Source: a bacterium
GTDB lineage: Bacteria > SAR324 > NAC60-12
DNA length: 64,000 nt
Reading direction: 5' to 3'
Assembly (NCBI GenBank): GCA_965205865.1
Contig: CBDBHR010000029.1
Coordinates: forward strand, 384,001 to 448,000
The number at the start of each line of letters is the position of its first letter. The first letter of the stretch is position 1. This document shows, one piece after another, positions 20,516 through 30,829 of this stretch. Position numbers and translations under genes: made by a program. The notes beneath the pieces are model-generated. The model was not told the DNA's origin and did not search any database. It saw nothing but the letters and a program-made list of their open reading frames with translations.

Positions 20516-21795
20516 TCACCTGCGCTTCTTCCGACGACAACCACGCTATAAACTCCCACGCTTCATCCGGGTGCTTCGAGCCAGCGGGAATAGAAATGCA
20601 GTCACCGCCGATGTAGACACTTTTGCCACCTTCCCTGCCGGGCATTACGAAGGAACCTAAATCGATATCAGGGTGATCTCTCAAAATGGTTGAAAGGCCC
20701 ACCGAGTTTGTGCCTTGCATGCCAAATTTCCCAGCCTTAAACAAAGTATCCCAACCGGCACCAGTATCCCCCTCCGCACTGGGCGTCACGTGCCCGTTCG
20801 TCCACATCCAACGGTAGAATTCCAAAGCAGCTTTGAATTCGGGGGCGTCGAAATAGGCCTCAGTAGCGTCTGCGTTTAAGAAATCGCCACCGCTCGCCCA
20901 AACTGTCCCCACCATGATGTAGGCTACGCAGCCCATGCAAGCTCCGGAGAAGTAGAAACCGTAAATGTCGTCACCCAGCGCAGTGACCTTCTCTATCGCC
21001 TCCTTCATTTCGGCCCTGTTCGTGGGTGGACTTTCAGGATCAAGACCGGCCTGTCTGAACAGATCTTTGTTATATATACTGTGAACGGATGATTTCTTCA
21101 TTTTTTGTCATCCTGAGGGAACCGAAGAATCTTCTTGATTCCCATGAGATTCTTGCTTAGGCAGCCCCCTTAGCTCGGAATGACAGTTCTTTTGAAAAGT
21201 GAAATTTAAACCCGTTTAGAGTATATCATAACTGAGTTATCGAGGAATAAGGGAATCCCATAGAGTCTTCCTCCGACCTTGGGATAGGTAGCCACCTCTA
21301 TATCCCCTTTAATAAAATGATCAAAGTACGGCAGGGCTTGGGCCTTGTCGGTAATATCCAATAATTGACCATCCTTTATTGAACTCCGGAACAAAGGCAC
21401 AATCAATCGCAGCGATGTCGGGCGGTGTGCCGGAAGCCATGGCGATCCCTAGTTTGGGAAGGTATTCAACCATCGCAATCGAGCTGAGCTTGATCCGGGT
21501 CTCATGCGTTTCATTCCAGCCATCGACCAGCGCCTGAAGCTGGACCGCGTTGGTATCGCGAGACCATAAGGTTATCTCTTTAGCCGGAACAAGGGATCAC
21601 CCCCAGTTCATAAGCGAGCAGGACACTTGACATTAACAACAGTGTTTTTTTAAAGAAAATCACTATTGTTGATTTGCTTTTTTGATTATTCATCTTGTTC
21701 CTTTCGAATGTATGTTCAAAATTAAGGTTTGATTTAAAACCTGTTTTGATTCCCCAAAGCACGTTCTCGACGATTATTCTGATTATTCTTTTCAT
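20516..21795 (-). pseudogene. Sugar ABC substrate-binding protein, fragmented by MITE E, frameshifts and a 3' deletion
   Basis: LYGIPL..NSVMI|YNKDLFRQAGLDPESPP, SKHPDEAWEFI motifs. Confidence 0.8.
21077..21223. mobile_element. MITE family E (TA duplication, IS630/Tc1-like) with internal REP hairpin
   Basis: TACTGTGAACGG / CCGTTTAGAGTA imperfect TIR; removing it and one TA restores SVMIYNKDL. Confidence 0.75.
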
Positions 21796-21849
21796 TTTTA
21801 CCTTTAAGGACGCACTCAGACGTCCATACTTAAGAAAGGATCATGGACG

Positions 21850-22887
21850 ATGGCCCAATCTAAAAAGTCCTCCAACCGAAAAGGCACGCCTCACAATGAT
21901 TTTTTCATTCAGCAGTGGAGTGATTTAAAGGTGGCTCAGGCTTTTTTTAAAGAATATTTGCCCGCTTCCATTCAAGCCATCATGGATTGGTCCCGATTAC
22001 GGCTAGCCTCAGGGGATTTTGTACAAAAAGCTTTGAAGAATCGTAAAAGTGATCTCCTTTATGAAACCCGTTTTAAAGGAAGCGAGGGCAAGGAAATCAA
22101 GGGCTTCTTCTTGATTCATTTCGAGCATCAAAAGGAGCCGGAAGCCAACATGAGTTATCGCTACTTGAGCTATTTAGTGGGGATTTATGAGCAATACCTG
22201 AAGCAATTTCCCAAAGAAGGCCTCCCGATTGTTTTCCCAGTGACCCTTTTTCAAGGCCCTAAAAAATGGACCGCTGCCCTCCACTTTCATGACTTTCTCA
22301 GGGTTCCCGAGCCTCTCAAACCCTATGTGCCTTCCTTTGAGTATCACCTGGTGGATTTATCAGGAATGAGTGATGATCAAATCAAAGGGAGCTTGTTTTT
22401 GAGGGTGTTTTTGATGATCATGAAACATATCGATTCCCCAGAGCTTTCTACTCTTTTAGCCACTGTCATCTGGCCTTTGTTTGAAAAACTATTTGAAGAA
22501 GGCAGTGGTTTGAGGTATCTTGAGGATGTACTCTACTATTTATTCAAAGCCAGTTCCCACCTCAAAGAAGAGGAAGTGGTGCAACAAGTTCAAAACATGC
22601 TTAGCTTTGAAGACGCTCAAGAGGTCATTATGACAGTCGCCGAACAATTAGAACAAAAAGGAATCCAAAAAGGAATCCAAAAAGGAATTGAACAAGGGAA
22701 AATTTTGGTGGCAAGCAAACTTTTATACAAAAAATTTGGCCACGCTGCAAAACCTTATCAAGATAGACTGGCTTCCCTTTCTACCGATGAACTCGAAATC
22801 CTCATTGAGAGACTGATCATAGAATCTTCTCTAGAAGACATTTTTCAAGGGTTTTCCTGGAGCAGTCCTCCGACAAAGCTTTCTTAA
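21850..22887 (+). CDS. Rpn/YhgA-like nuclease (Transposase_31 type)
   Basis: HNDFF, SDLLY, IHFEHQ motifs; MTVAEQL..(KGIQ)n tail. Confidence 0.88.
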   Translation: MAQSKKSSNRKGTPHNDFFIQQWSDLKVAQAFFKEYLPASIQAIMDWSRLRLASGDFVQKALKNRKSDLLYETRFKGSEGKEIKGFFLIHFEHQKEPEANMSYRYLSYLVGIYEQYLKQFPKEGLPIVFPVTLFQGPKKWTAALHFHDFLRVPEPLKPYVPSFEYHLVDLSGMSDDQIKGSLFLRVFLMIMKHIDSPELSTLLATVIWPLFEKLFEEGSGLRYLEDVLYYLFKASSHLKEEEVVQQVQNMLSFEDAQEVIMTVAEQLEQKGIQKGIQKGIEQGKILVASKLLYKKFGHAAKPYQDRLASLSTDELEILIERLIIESSLEDIFQGFSWSSPPTKLS

Positions 22888-23179
22888 ATTCCCCTCGTTT
22901 TTCTAAACGGCTAGCTTCATCTCCCCCACAGTATCCCTTGCCACTTGATCCTGACTGCCTCTTCTTTTTGAAGCTCAAAAGGCCACTTTCAGAAAAATCT
23001 ATGGGGGGTAACCATTTCTCATGGTGTTGGCCTCCATTGAAGATCACACAAAAAATAATATTGAACCCAGACAACGGGAACAAAAGGCTTCCTTGCGATT
23101 GCATGCGCAAACCTGCAAACACTGTTGGCATCTTATTCAAGCGAACCCATTCCAGGCAAGTGCTCCCAAGGCGATCCGG

Positions 23180-24391
23180 TTACAGCATGTCCAGCAGTAT
23201 TTCAGCCACCTTGTCGGCAAAGGGTGGATCGTTGATGTTATTGTCCAGCTCGACTAGTGGGATGCCCGGTTTGAGCTTTTCCTTGATCGTTTCAAAGCAG
23301 GCCTGATTGGCCTCCGGGTCCCAAAAATCTCCGTCGATGCTATCCAGCATCGAAATACGCCTGAGTGGAATCACAATGGAAATCGGGCCCTTGGCGGCGT
23401 TAGCGGCGGCGGCAATCATGTGGCCGTTACGACGGTTTTCCTCTACATTGGTTCTTAGCAGAGTGATGCTAGGATTCCACTTGTAGAGATTACGGTCCTT
23501 ATACTGTTCCGGTACCGTATCAAAGGTTCCGAAATTCGCCATATTGACACAACCTAGGACAAGGACCGTGGGGATCCCAGCCTGAGAGGCGGCCAGACAA
23601 CGATGCGGTCCGGCACTCGATCCACCACCACAAACTTCGTCGGCTAGTTCGGTGGTGGTCACATCCGGACAGCCCTCGATGAGGCCCTCCTCAATCATGC
23701 TTTCCATCATCCTTCCGCCGATGCCGGTGACGTGGAAGACCAAGACTTCGAAGCCGTTGTCCTCCAGGATCCCCCGGGCATGCTCCACACAGGCCGTGGT
23801 ATTCCCAAACATGGATGCACTGATTAAGGGGCGTTCGTTTTCAATTTCAGGGGGCTCTAAAGATAACATGCCGGCCACTGCTCCGGCTGCCTGCGTATAG
23901 ATCCTGCCGCTGATGCGATTGATCCCAGCGATGTCAACGATCGATTGAATGAGGGTGATATCCTTGGTCCCCACAATCCCCCGAACATCCCCGCCGCCTA
24001 CGGTGGTGACCAGCACCTTGGACACACCCAACGGCAACGCGCGCATCGCTTTGGCAGCAATGGCGGTGCCCCCGCCCCAGCCCATAATCGGGATCCCGTC
24101 CAACTACCCTTCATCGAACAACCGGCGGACAATAACCGGGAAACCATCAGTCATTATTTGCATGGCTGCATCCTTTCGCCGGCCCAAGCGCATTTCCTCA
24201 ATGTCTCCGCCACCGACTTTGGCAACTTCTGCTCGGCCAATATCCGGTTCCAGGCCAGACTCTCCCATAACGCCGAAATCCATCACAAGGGTACGGAGGC
24301 CCTGCTTTTCAATGAGATTTTTAACGAAGGCAAACTCCCGGCCTTTCGTGTCCAATGCTCCGGATAAGATGACTGTTTAAATGGTTTTCAT
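23180..24391 (-). pseudogene. Tm-1-like ATP-binding (UPF0261) protein with internal stops
   Basis: LDTKGREF, MRALPLGVSKV, LVFHVTGIGG, DVTTTELAD; in-frame TAG at 24104-24106 and TAA near the start. Confidence 0.82.
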
Positions 24392-24392
24392 C

Positions 24393-25070
24393 TTATTTTC
24401 TTTGTCGAACCGGATAGTCCCTGAACGCTTTCACGGTACCCATCACCGCCTTTTCCACCGGAATCCGTTCGATACCAGAGGCTCCGACAAAGCCCTGGGC
24501 GTCTGTTTGTTCATACAACGCCTGCAAATCTCGAGGTTCAGCGAAGGGACCGCCGTGGGCCAGACAAATTGCATTGGAATCCACCGCCCAAGCCCCTTTC
24601 ATAATTTTTTGGCATTCTCCAGACTTTCTTCCAACGGATCGGCTATGAACCCAATCAGCCCCCCGGACGTTCCCCCAACGTGGGCGCAGACCACGTCCAC
24701 CCCAGCCTTAACCATGTCTGCCGCCTGTTGTGGAGTGCAGACATAACACATGGTAAACACGTTTCGGTCACGGAGTTTCCGAATCATTTCCACTTCTCGG
24801 GCAAACCCCCAGGATATGCCAACCGCTTTCACTCTGGCATCATTTTGATCTTTAGTTCCAGGAAGACGCATTTCTATATCTGCCTGGGTAGGAAAATTGA
24901 TCACCCCATCAAACCCCTGGTCAATGAACTTCTGGATCATTCTATCCAGATCATAGTCCGTCTGATCATTGGCCATGATCCCGGCAATGATCGGCGTATC
25001 TTTGACAACATTCTGGATTTCATCAAACATGCGCAGGGTAACGGGATTGGAATGCCCGATTGTATCAGTA
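24393..25070 (-). pseudogene. TIM-barrel/PEP-hydrolase-like protein (Tm-1 partner), internally deleted and 5'-truncated
   Basis: GFDGVINFPT, AGVDVVCAHVG, LAHGGP, GFVGASGIERIPVE motifs in two frames. Confidence 0.75.
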
Positions 25071-25073
25071 TCA

Positions 25074-25373
25074 GGGTCAGGCTTCGTTATTTCGTATAAA
25101 GGAGATAAATTGAAAATTCAATAACTAAATAACGAGTCACCGTAAAGAACTGACTTATAGTGGTTTCCAGCCACCTTTCGTCATTCCTCCGGTACAAATC
25201 CGGACATGCGCTGCTAACGCATCCGGCTCCTGCTTCGAGTCAGACGCTCAAACGTTGATTCGGATACGGGTGGGTTGTCCTTACAGAAGGAATGTGTAGT
25301 TTGACCAGTACTTTGAAGCGTTCCCAATTCATCCTCTATTTCTTGCCAGCTTTCCTGGCGCACAGCCTGTCCC
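25074..25373. mobile_element. GGG(T/A)CAG-terminated mini-element whose right IR contains the intron remnant
   Basis: Left IR GGGTCAGGCTTCGTTATTT; right IR AAATAACGA|intron|AGCCTGTCCC. Confidence 0.7.
25136..25363 (-). mobile_element. 228-bp remnant of the group II intron (5' about 29 nt joined to 3' about 200 nt)
   Basis: Matches 197-398 and about 2206-2235; CTCT microhomology at the junction. Confidence 0.88.
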
Positions 25374-25379
25374 GGACTT

Positions 25380-25890
25380 GATCCGGGGGATGCAAAGCCC
25401 GAGTGAGCAACTCGAGCATGGATTTCCCCTGTTTTCTGGTAGTGGAAATGGGCTCGGATACAAAATGCCTGCGTTCCTTCAGCAGTTCGGAAGCCGCCTG
25501 AGATTTTCTGTTTCAATTTGACCATGCGGATATCTCTCTCGGCTTGGTTGTTGTCAAAAGGAACTTGAAAGTCATGCATGAACAACAAGCTTTCCTTTTC
25601 ATAGAGGATCAAACGATCGAGTAAATTTTTTGCTTTCGTCTGTTTGGGGCGTCCTCGTTTCTTTTTTTGAGGTTTTGCAGGATAGAGCTCGAGTGCTTCT
25701 TGGTTGATGTCGTGGTAGCGTTGCCGGAAGCGATCGAGTTGGGTTCGACATCCATTCCCGCTTTGCCGCGTTTGTCATGGATAAAATAAAAAGTCATCTG
25801 TTTGCTCGAGGCCGAGTGAAGCCAATGACGTTGTTTGTTTTCAAACAGGGAAGTTTCATCAAAATGAACGAGCGGGGATTGAATAAAAGC
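25380..25890 (-). pseudogene. IS66 family transposase remnant
   Basis: VHFDETSL..WLH and VPFDNNQAERDIRMVKLKQKISGGFR motifs; deletions and frameshifts. Confidence 0.82.
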
Positions 25891-25911
25891 CTGAATGACC
25901 CCGTTTCCTAG

Positions 25912-25962
25912 TCTGCCCCGATTCATCACATGATACCAAGCAGGGGGATATTCAATTTTGAG
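25912..25962 (-). pseudogene. RAYT/TnpA-Y1 N-terminal fragment
   Basis: LKIEYPPAWYHVMNRGR. Confidence 0.65.
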
Positions 25963-26085
25963 TTTTGAGAGGAAAGAAAAGGATGGAGAGTTAGGGAAGA
26001 AGAAGTATAATGGCCAATCACCATCAAGGTTAAACAAAGAGGAGGTATGGGACCAACTGTCGCTATTCAGATCGGGAAAGAGGTT

Positions 26086-26682
26086 ATGAAAAAATGTTGG
26101 ATCTTGTTCTTCGGAGCAGGGATCATGGGACTGCAGGCTCTGCCGGTTTATGGACAACCCACCATTGGATTTACCCAGGAAGATCGAGAGCGCATCATTC
26201 GGTTGGAAACGACCTTGACTCTCTTTATGGAAGCCACCGATCAACGCTTTGAACAGGTGGATCAGCGGTTTATCGAATTACGGGAAGACATGAACAACCG
26301 CTCGGAGCAGATGGACAAGCGCTTTGTCGAATTACGGGAAGATATGAACAAGCGCTTTGAACAAGTGGATAAACGCTTTGAACAGATGATGGATACGTTG
26401 CAACTGATTGCCGGCATTTTTACCGCCCTGACCCTGGGAGTGATTGGATTTGCTTATTGGGATCGACGTACCATTATTCGGAAAGCAAAAGAAGAGACCC
26501 TGGAAACGCTGGAACGCGAGGCCGTCCCTAAAGAAGAAGCGATGATCGAGCGGGCTGTAGCTCAGACTGTCCAAGAAATCAAAAAAGACAATCGTCTGCA
26601 AGACTTGATTGCTGCTTTACGCAAACTGGCAGCCACCGACCCGCCTCTTGAAAACGTGCTAAAAGAATTTCATTTATTGTAG
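26086..26682 (+). CDS. Membrane-anchored coiled-coil protein with RFEQVDK-type repeats
   Basis: Signal-like N-terminus, repeated RFEQ.D.RF.ELREDMN units, one TM segment; GAGG RBS (alternative start 26047). Confidence 0.7.
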   Translation: MKKCWILFFGAGIMGLQALPVYGQPTIGFTQEDRERIIRLETTLTLFMEATDQRFEQVDQRFIELREDMNNRSEQMDKRFVELREDMNKRFEQVDKRFEQMMDTLQLIAGIFTALTLGVIGFAYWDRRTIIRKAKEETLETLEREAVPKEEAMIERAVAQTVQEIKKDNRLQDLIAALRKLAATDPPLENVLKEFHLL

Positions 26683-26952
26683 GTTCTAAAGGAAGAGGAT
26701 CCTATAGAAATGGAGCAGCCAGGAAGGAAGATAGAGGGCACCCAAGGAACCCCCCTCCTCCTCAGCTAGTCCCAGAGGGACGACACTTCTTCGATCCAGC
26801 GAGTTACTCCCAAATATAACGCTCATGATGTCAAATAAGGAAAAAGGCGCTTTTTGATTTCAGGAGTCATCATCTCAATTCGGCTTTTTGTGCTAAAGAC
26901 ACCATGAAGATGATTGCCGAGGTAGGAATGGGACATGAAACCTCATTGGTGT

Positions 26953-27094
26953 GTCGTCCCTCCGGGACTTTGAAGGAGACTGTCTTTTGTTCCCAGCGAT
27001 GAATCGCTGGGGTACTTCCTTTCGTCCCTCCGGGACTTCTTCTGACAGACGAATCTCAAACCTCCGGGACTTCTTCTGACAGACGAATCTCAAA
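26953..27094. repeat. REP-like GTCCCTCCGGGAC hairpins plus a 34-bp tandem duplication
   Basis: Copies at 26953, 27023, 27061; related GTCCC..AGGGAC at 26770 and 31822. Confidence 0.6.
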
Positions 27095-27119
27095 CCTATA
27101 TTTACCGGAAGCATAACGA

Positions 27120-28020
27120 CTATTCATACCGCACCCTCGGGTCCAAATAAGCATAAACCAAGTCGATCAGGAGATTGATCCCCACTACCACGGTGGCGAA
27201 AAACATGTTGATTTCGGAGATCACCGGGTAATCCCGGTCAGAGAGGGCCGTGAGCATCAGACGACCCAACCCCGGCAGGTTGAAGATGTTCTCCATTATA
27301 ACGGCGCCCCCGACCAGGATCGGCAACTGCAGGCCGCAGAGAGACCGGGCGGCCGCAGCGCGGCCAATAAGCACAGCTGAACGCGTGACCACCGGGATGA
27401 GGGCATTCTTGATGGCATGCCGGATCACCACGATCCGCTCTCGGAGCCCCTTGGACCAGGCGGTGCGGATATAGTCCTGCCGGAGCACCTCCAGCATCAT
27501 GGTGCGCGTCATGCGCATGGTGGTAGCGGCCATGGCCGTCCCCAGAATCAGGCTGGGGATGAGGAACACCTCCAGATTCCCCAGCGGGTCTTCGCTGAAA
27601 GGAATCAGCCTCATCAAGCAACGCTTCGGCACCGTCCGGGTCATACATAAAGCCTTTCTTGACCTCTTCGGGCCACTCTTCAAATGGGGTGGCAATCGCT
27701 GTTACTTTACGGCTTACCCCCTGGTGTATCGGATCCCCCAAGCCCCATAGAAAGCGTTGTTCACTTCTTCGAGGTTTATGGCCACCTGCATTGCCTTGCG
27801 CGCTCTGACGTCGGAAAAGTAGGGTAACTGAACGTTCAGACCAATAGCATTGTCCGACCGAAAGTAGTACGGCCATATCACGAGTTCGGGGTTGGACTTC
27901 CGGAGTCTCTCTAACTGGTCGAGACTTGTGATTTCAGTTGCGCCGATCGGACCTATGTAATCAACCCGGCCCGTGCGCAGTGCCGCCAGTCGTGTTGCCA
28001 CTTCGGGCATAACCAGGGCA
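27120..28020 (-). pseudogene. Collapsed peptide ABC module: SBP fragment fused to the C-terminal half of a DppB-like permease
   Basis: AALRTGRVDY..DVRARKAMQ joined near 27605 to EDPLGNL..QDYIRTAWSKGL..LDPRVRYE. Confidence 0.82.
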
Positions 28021-28399
28021 CTTACCCCCCCTTCTTCACTCCCTCGAGCGGGAAGCCTTCTCGGAGGATTCTCTCGAACTTCCCACTCCCGAGTCATTCA
28101 GATGGGAGGAGCACAAGATTGCTCGGGAAGGTGATTTTTTTTATATTATCGCCTGCCCAAACGATCCTAAGGAATATGTTATGCAAGAGAGATTTGTCAA
28201 ACCCTTTTTTTCATTTTTTTGCAAGAGGCGTTGACATTCTAAAAGCAAATTGATAACCGTTTCAGGTAATGGGCAAAATTCAAATTGAGTGGAGGTAGGT
28301 CTCCCGATATGATATATGTAGAAAAAGTTGATTTCCAGGAGGAGAAAAACCTTTTATTGTGCTGCGCAAATCCCTGTAGAAAAATAATAGGAGAGCGAT

Positions 28400-28639
28400 A
28401 TGACAACAGTCCGTATCGAAGAAATTAAACAGGATATACTTCGCTGGCTTCAAAGAGTCGAAGCAGGAGAAAAAATTGTTATCCTAAAAGCGAATAAGCC
28501 TATGGCAGAAATTATACCACTCTCAGAAAAAAGCATGGAATTACGACCGATAGGACTCTGTAAAGGGGATTTCTCTGTTCCTGACGATTTTGATGCCTCC
28601 TTGCCAGAGGAGGTCATGCAACAATTCGAGGGAAAATGA
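28400..28639 (+). CDS. Phd/YefM family antitoxin
   Basis: RVEAGEKIVI..KPMAEI; VPDDFDASLPEEV; ATGA overlap with PIN gene. Confidence 0.85.
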   Translation: MTTVRIEEIKQDILRWLQRVEAGEKIVILKANKPMAEIIPLSEKSMELRPIGLCKGDFSVPDDFDASLPEEVMQQFEGK

Positions 28640-29019
28640 AACTTTTGTTAGATACTCATATATTCCTTTGGTTTATCAGTGGAGATGAACGATTATCAGA
28701 AAGATTTCAAAAAGAGATTCGTCTACAAGAAAATGACGTGTCTTTGAGTGTTGTTTCTCTATGGGAGATCATTGTCAAATATCAGCTTGGTAAACTTCCC
28801 TTACCTCAGCCTCCTGAAATATACATTCCACAACAACGAGAAAAGCATTTGATTAAAAGTGCAATGCTTACCGAAGAGGACATTTCACAACTACCGACAT
28901 TACCATCGATACACCGTGATCCTTTCGATCGAATGATCGTCTGTCAGGCACTATCACAGAATTTAACGATCGTGACAGTCGATGACAAAATTCATCAATA
29001 TCCTGTTAAAGCTTTATAA
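28636..29019 (+). CDS. vapC: VapC PIN-domain toxin
   Basis: LLDTHIFLW, SLWEI, HRDPFDR motifs. Confidence 0.9.
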   Translation: MKLLLDTHIFLWFISGDERLSERFQKEIRLQENDVSLSVVSLWEIIVKYQLGKLPLPQPPEIYIPQQREKHLIKSAMLTEEDISQLPTLPSIHRDPFDRMIVCQALSQNLTIVTVDDKIHQYPVKAL

Positions 29020-29039
29020 TTTATCCAAACACTAAAAGA

Positions 29040-29161
29040 TGCCAACAAAAGGCTGCTCTTGATTTTCACCACAGCCGATTCGATTATCAAGCAACATGAA
29101 TTTACAAGTTCAGTTCTCCATCATACGTTATGGTGAAAAACGGGAGAACTAAACGTTAGCG
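29040..29161 (+). other. attC-like recombination site after vapC
   Basis: TGCCAAC ... GTTAGCG ends, internal IR TTTTCACCA/TGGTGAAAA, 122 bp. Confidence 0.6.
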
Positions 29162-29432
29162 CATCGAGCGAAGACTGACACATTTTGCGGGGGCTAGCTG
29201 TCCGAATGAGTTCTCCGTCTGGTCAGACCAAGCCAGTCAGACGAAGCGGCATTCCACTCCTCCACCTGCCTGGCCGCATTGTGCCATTCTGAGTCCCTGG
29301 AAATACTGCTGAAAATCCGCATCATTTGAGCAATGCGGCCTTTTTAGGCAGATGCTTCTTGAGCAAGCAGAAGGGAAAAAAGATAAATGATCAGCTTCAA
29401 CCTATTTACAAACAATTTAGGTATCGACTAAA

Positions 29433-29557
29433 TGTAATGGTTCGATAGCTTGTATCCCATTTATAAATGTGTCATTTCGAATGAATGTGAGGAATCTTAA
29501 GAATCTCTCTATGCAGTCGAGATGACATCAAGGGATACAAGCTATCGAACCATTACA
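29433..29557. mobile_element. MITE family C (TGT..ACA ends, IS481-like) with internal REP hairpin
   Basis: 26-bp perfect TIR TGTAATGGTTCGATAGCTTGTATCCC; 6-bp TSD ACTAAA. Confidence 0.85.
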
Positions 29558-29565
29558 ACTAAATA

Positions 29566-29596
29566 TTGCAATTATGCCATATGGCTTTATTATTAT
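29566..29596 (+). promoter_or_regulatory. xre-res promoter with palindromic operator
   Basis: TTGCAA -35, TATTAT -10, GCCATATGGC palindrome in the spacer. Confidence 0.5.
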
Positions 29597-29635
29597 GGAA
29601 ATGTGTCTTTATCTTCAAAACGTTAGAGAAGAGAA

Positions 29636-30064
29636 ATGCAAAAAAAAATTCAGAACCGCCTCATGTATGGTGCCGTGATTGGGATTACGACCGCTGACAA
29701 TCATAAAGTGATTCAGTTTCTCAAAGAAGGGTTACCCACTTCCTCATTTACCAAACTTCAGAATGCGTTGGCCATCTCCAGTAAACAGCTGGCGAGTGTG
29801 GTCAACATTTCCCAACGGACAATCAATCGACGTCAAAAGGAAGGGAATTTACGTCCTGATGAATCTGAAAGGGTCCTGAGAATTGCCAGACTTTTTGATA
29901 TGGCCAGAGAGTTGTTTGAGGATGACCAATTGGCCCGGCAGTGGTTCAAGTCTCCGAAACGAGCATTGGATGGGAAGACTCCTCTGGATTTTGCTGATAC
30001 CGAGCCGGGGGCTCAGGAAGTCGCAGATTTACTAGGACGACTGAAGCATGGAGTGTTCTCTTGA
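29636..30064 (+). CDS. Xre/MbcA/ParS antitoxin
   Basis: RTINRR..G.LRPDESER; ARQWF..P..ALDGKTPL; RLKHGVFS. Confidence 0.88.
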   Translation: MQKKIQNRLMYGAVIGITTADNHKVIQFLKEGLPTSSFTKLQNALAISSKQLASVVNISQRTINRRQKEGNLRPDESERVLRIARLFDMARELFEDDQLARQWFKSPKRALDGKTPLDFADTEPGAQEVADLLGRLKHGVFS

Positions 30065-30531
30065 AAAAAGCCTGGCGCATGGTGGCTCCTCAATATGTGG
30101 ATCAGGCATTTGATGGAGAAGGCGCGAGGATTTATGGGGGACGGTGGAACAGTAAAGGAACTTCCATGGTCTATACTGCGAGTTCTTTATCGCTTGCTGC
30201 AATGGAAATTTTAGTCCACTTGGATTCAGATGAAATATTGAACCGTTATGTTTGCATTCCAATCGAGTTCCCCTCTAAACTGTCGCTCCTATTCAATCAG
30301 CAGACTCTTCCCAAAAATTGGAGGAACAGGGTCGTGCCTCTATCGACAAAACGGATTGGAGATCAATGGGTGCTCAAGCAGCAATCGGTACTGCTCGAAG
30401 TGCCAAGTGTTCTTGTTTCTGAAGAGTCTAATTTTCTGATCAATCCTGCCCATCCTGACTTTTGCCAAATTTCAATAGGCCAAGCCAAACCCTTTGAATT
30501 CGATACTCGCCTCATAAAAAGGTCAAAATGA
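30061..30531 (+). CDS. RES-domain toxin (NAD+ phosphorylase)
   Basis: FDGEGA..GGRWN, YTASSLSLAAME, VPS, NFLINPAHPDF. Confidence 0.9.
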   Translation: MKKAWRMVAPQYVDQAFDGEGARIYGGRWNSKGTSMVYTASSLSLAAMEILVHLDSDEILNRYVCIPIEFPSKLSLLFNQQTLPKNWRNRVVPLSTKRIGDQWVLKQQSVLLEVPSVLVSEESNFLINPAHPDFCQISIGQAKPFEFDTRLIKRSK

Positions 30532-30662
30532 AAAGGTGGCAAATATTAAATTGTCTTTCCATCTCATCCATTAGCTGCCGTAGCTTTTACTCGCAGATCG
30601 CGTCGCCACAGGAAAGGGGTCAGAAACTGAAACGAATTGAAACCCGGTGAACGTTTGCAATA

Positions 30663-30825
30663 ATGGCTCTCGCCTTATATCTGGATCACCATGTCCCTCG
30701 CGCTATTCCTGTTGGGCTTCGTATACGGGGAGTCGATGTGACGACCGCTTGGGAAGATGGGTCGCATGAATTATCTGATCCGGATATACTTGATCGTGCC
30801 ACCGAACTCAATCGGCCCCTTTTGT
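30663..30825 (+). pseudogene. Truncated DUF5615 PIN-like protein
   Basis: LYLDHHVP..GLRIRGVDV..LSDPDILDRA; runs into the 3' end of the ABC permease gene. Confidence 0.7.
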
Positions 30826-30829
30826 CCGC

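Noticed and set aside
24104-24106. In-frame TAG codons (also 18139-18141) as pyrrolysine or recoding
   Set aside because: The same genes have other lesions, TAG is used as a normal stop (e.g. bamA), and no pyl genes are seen
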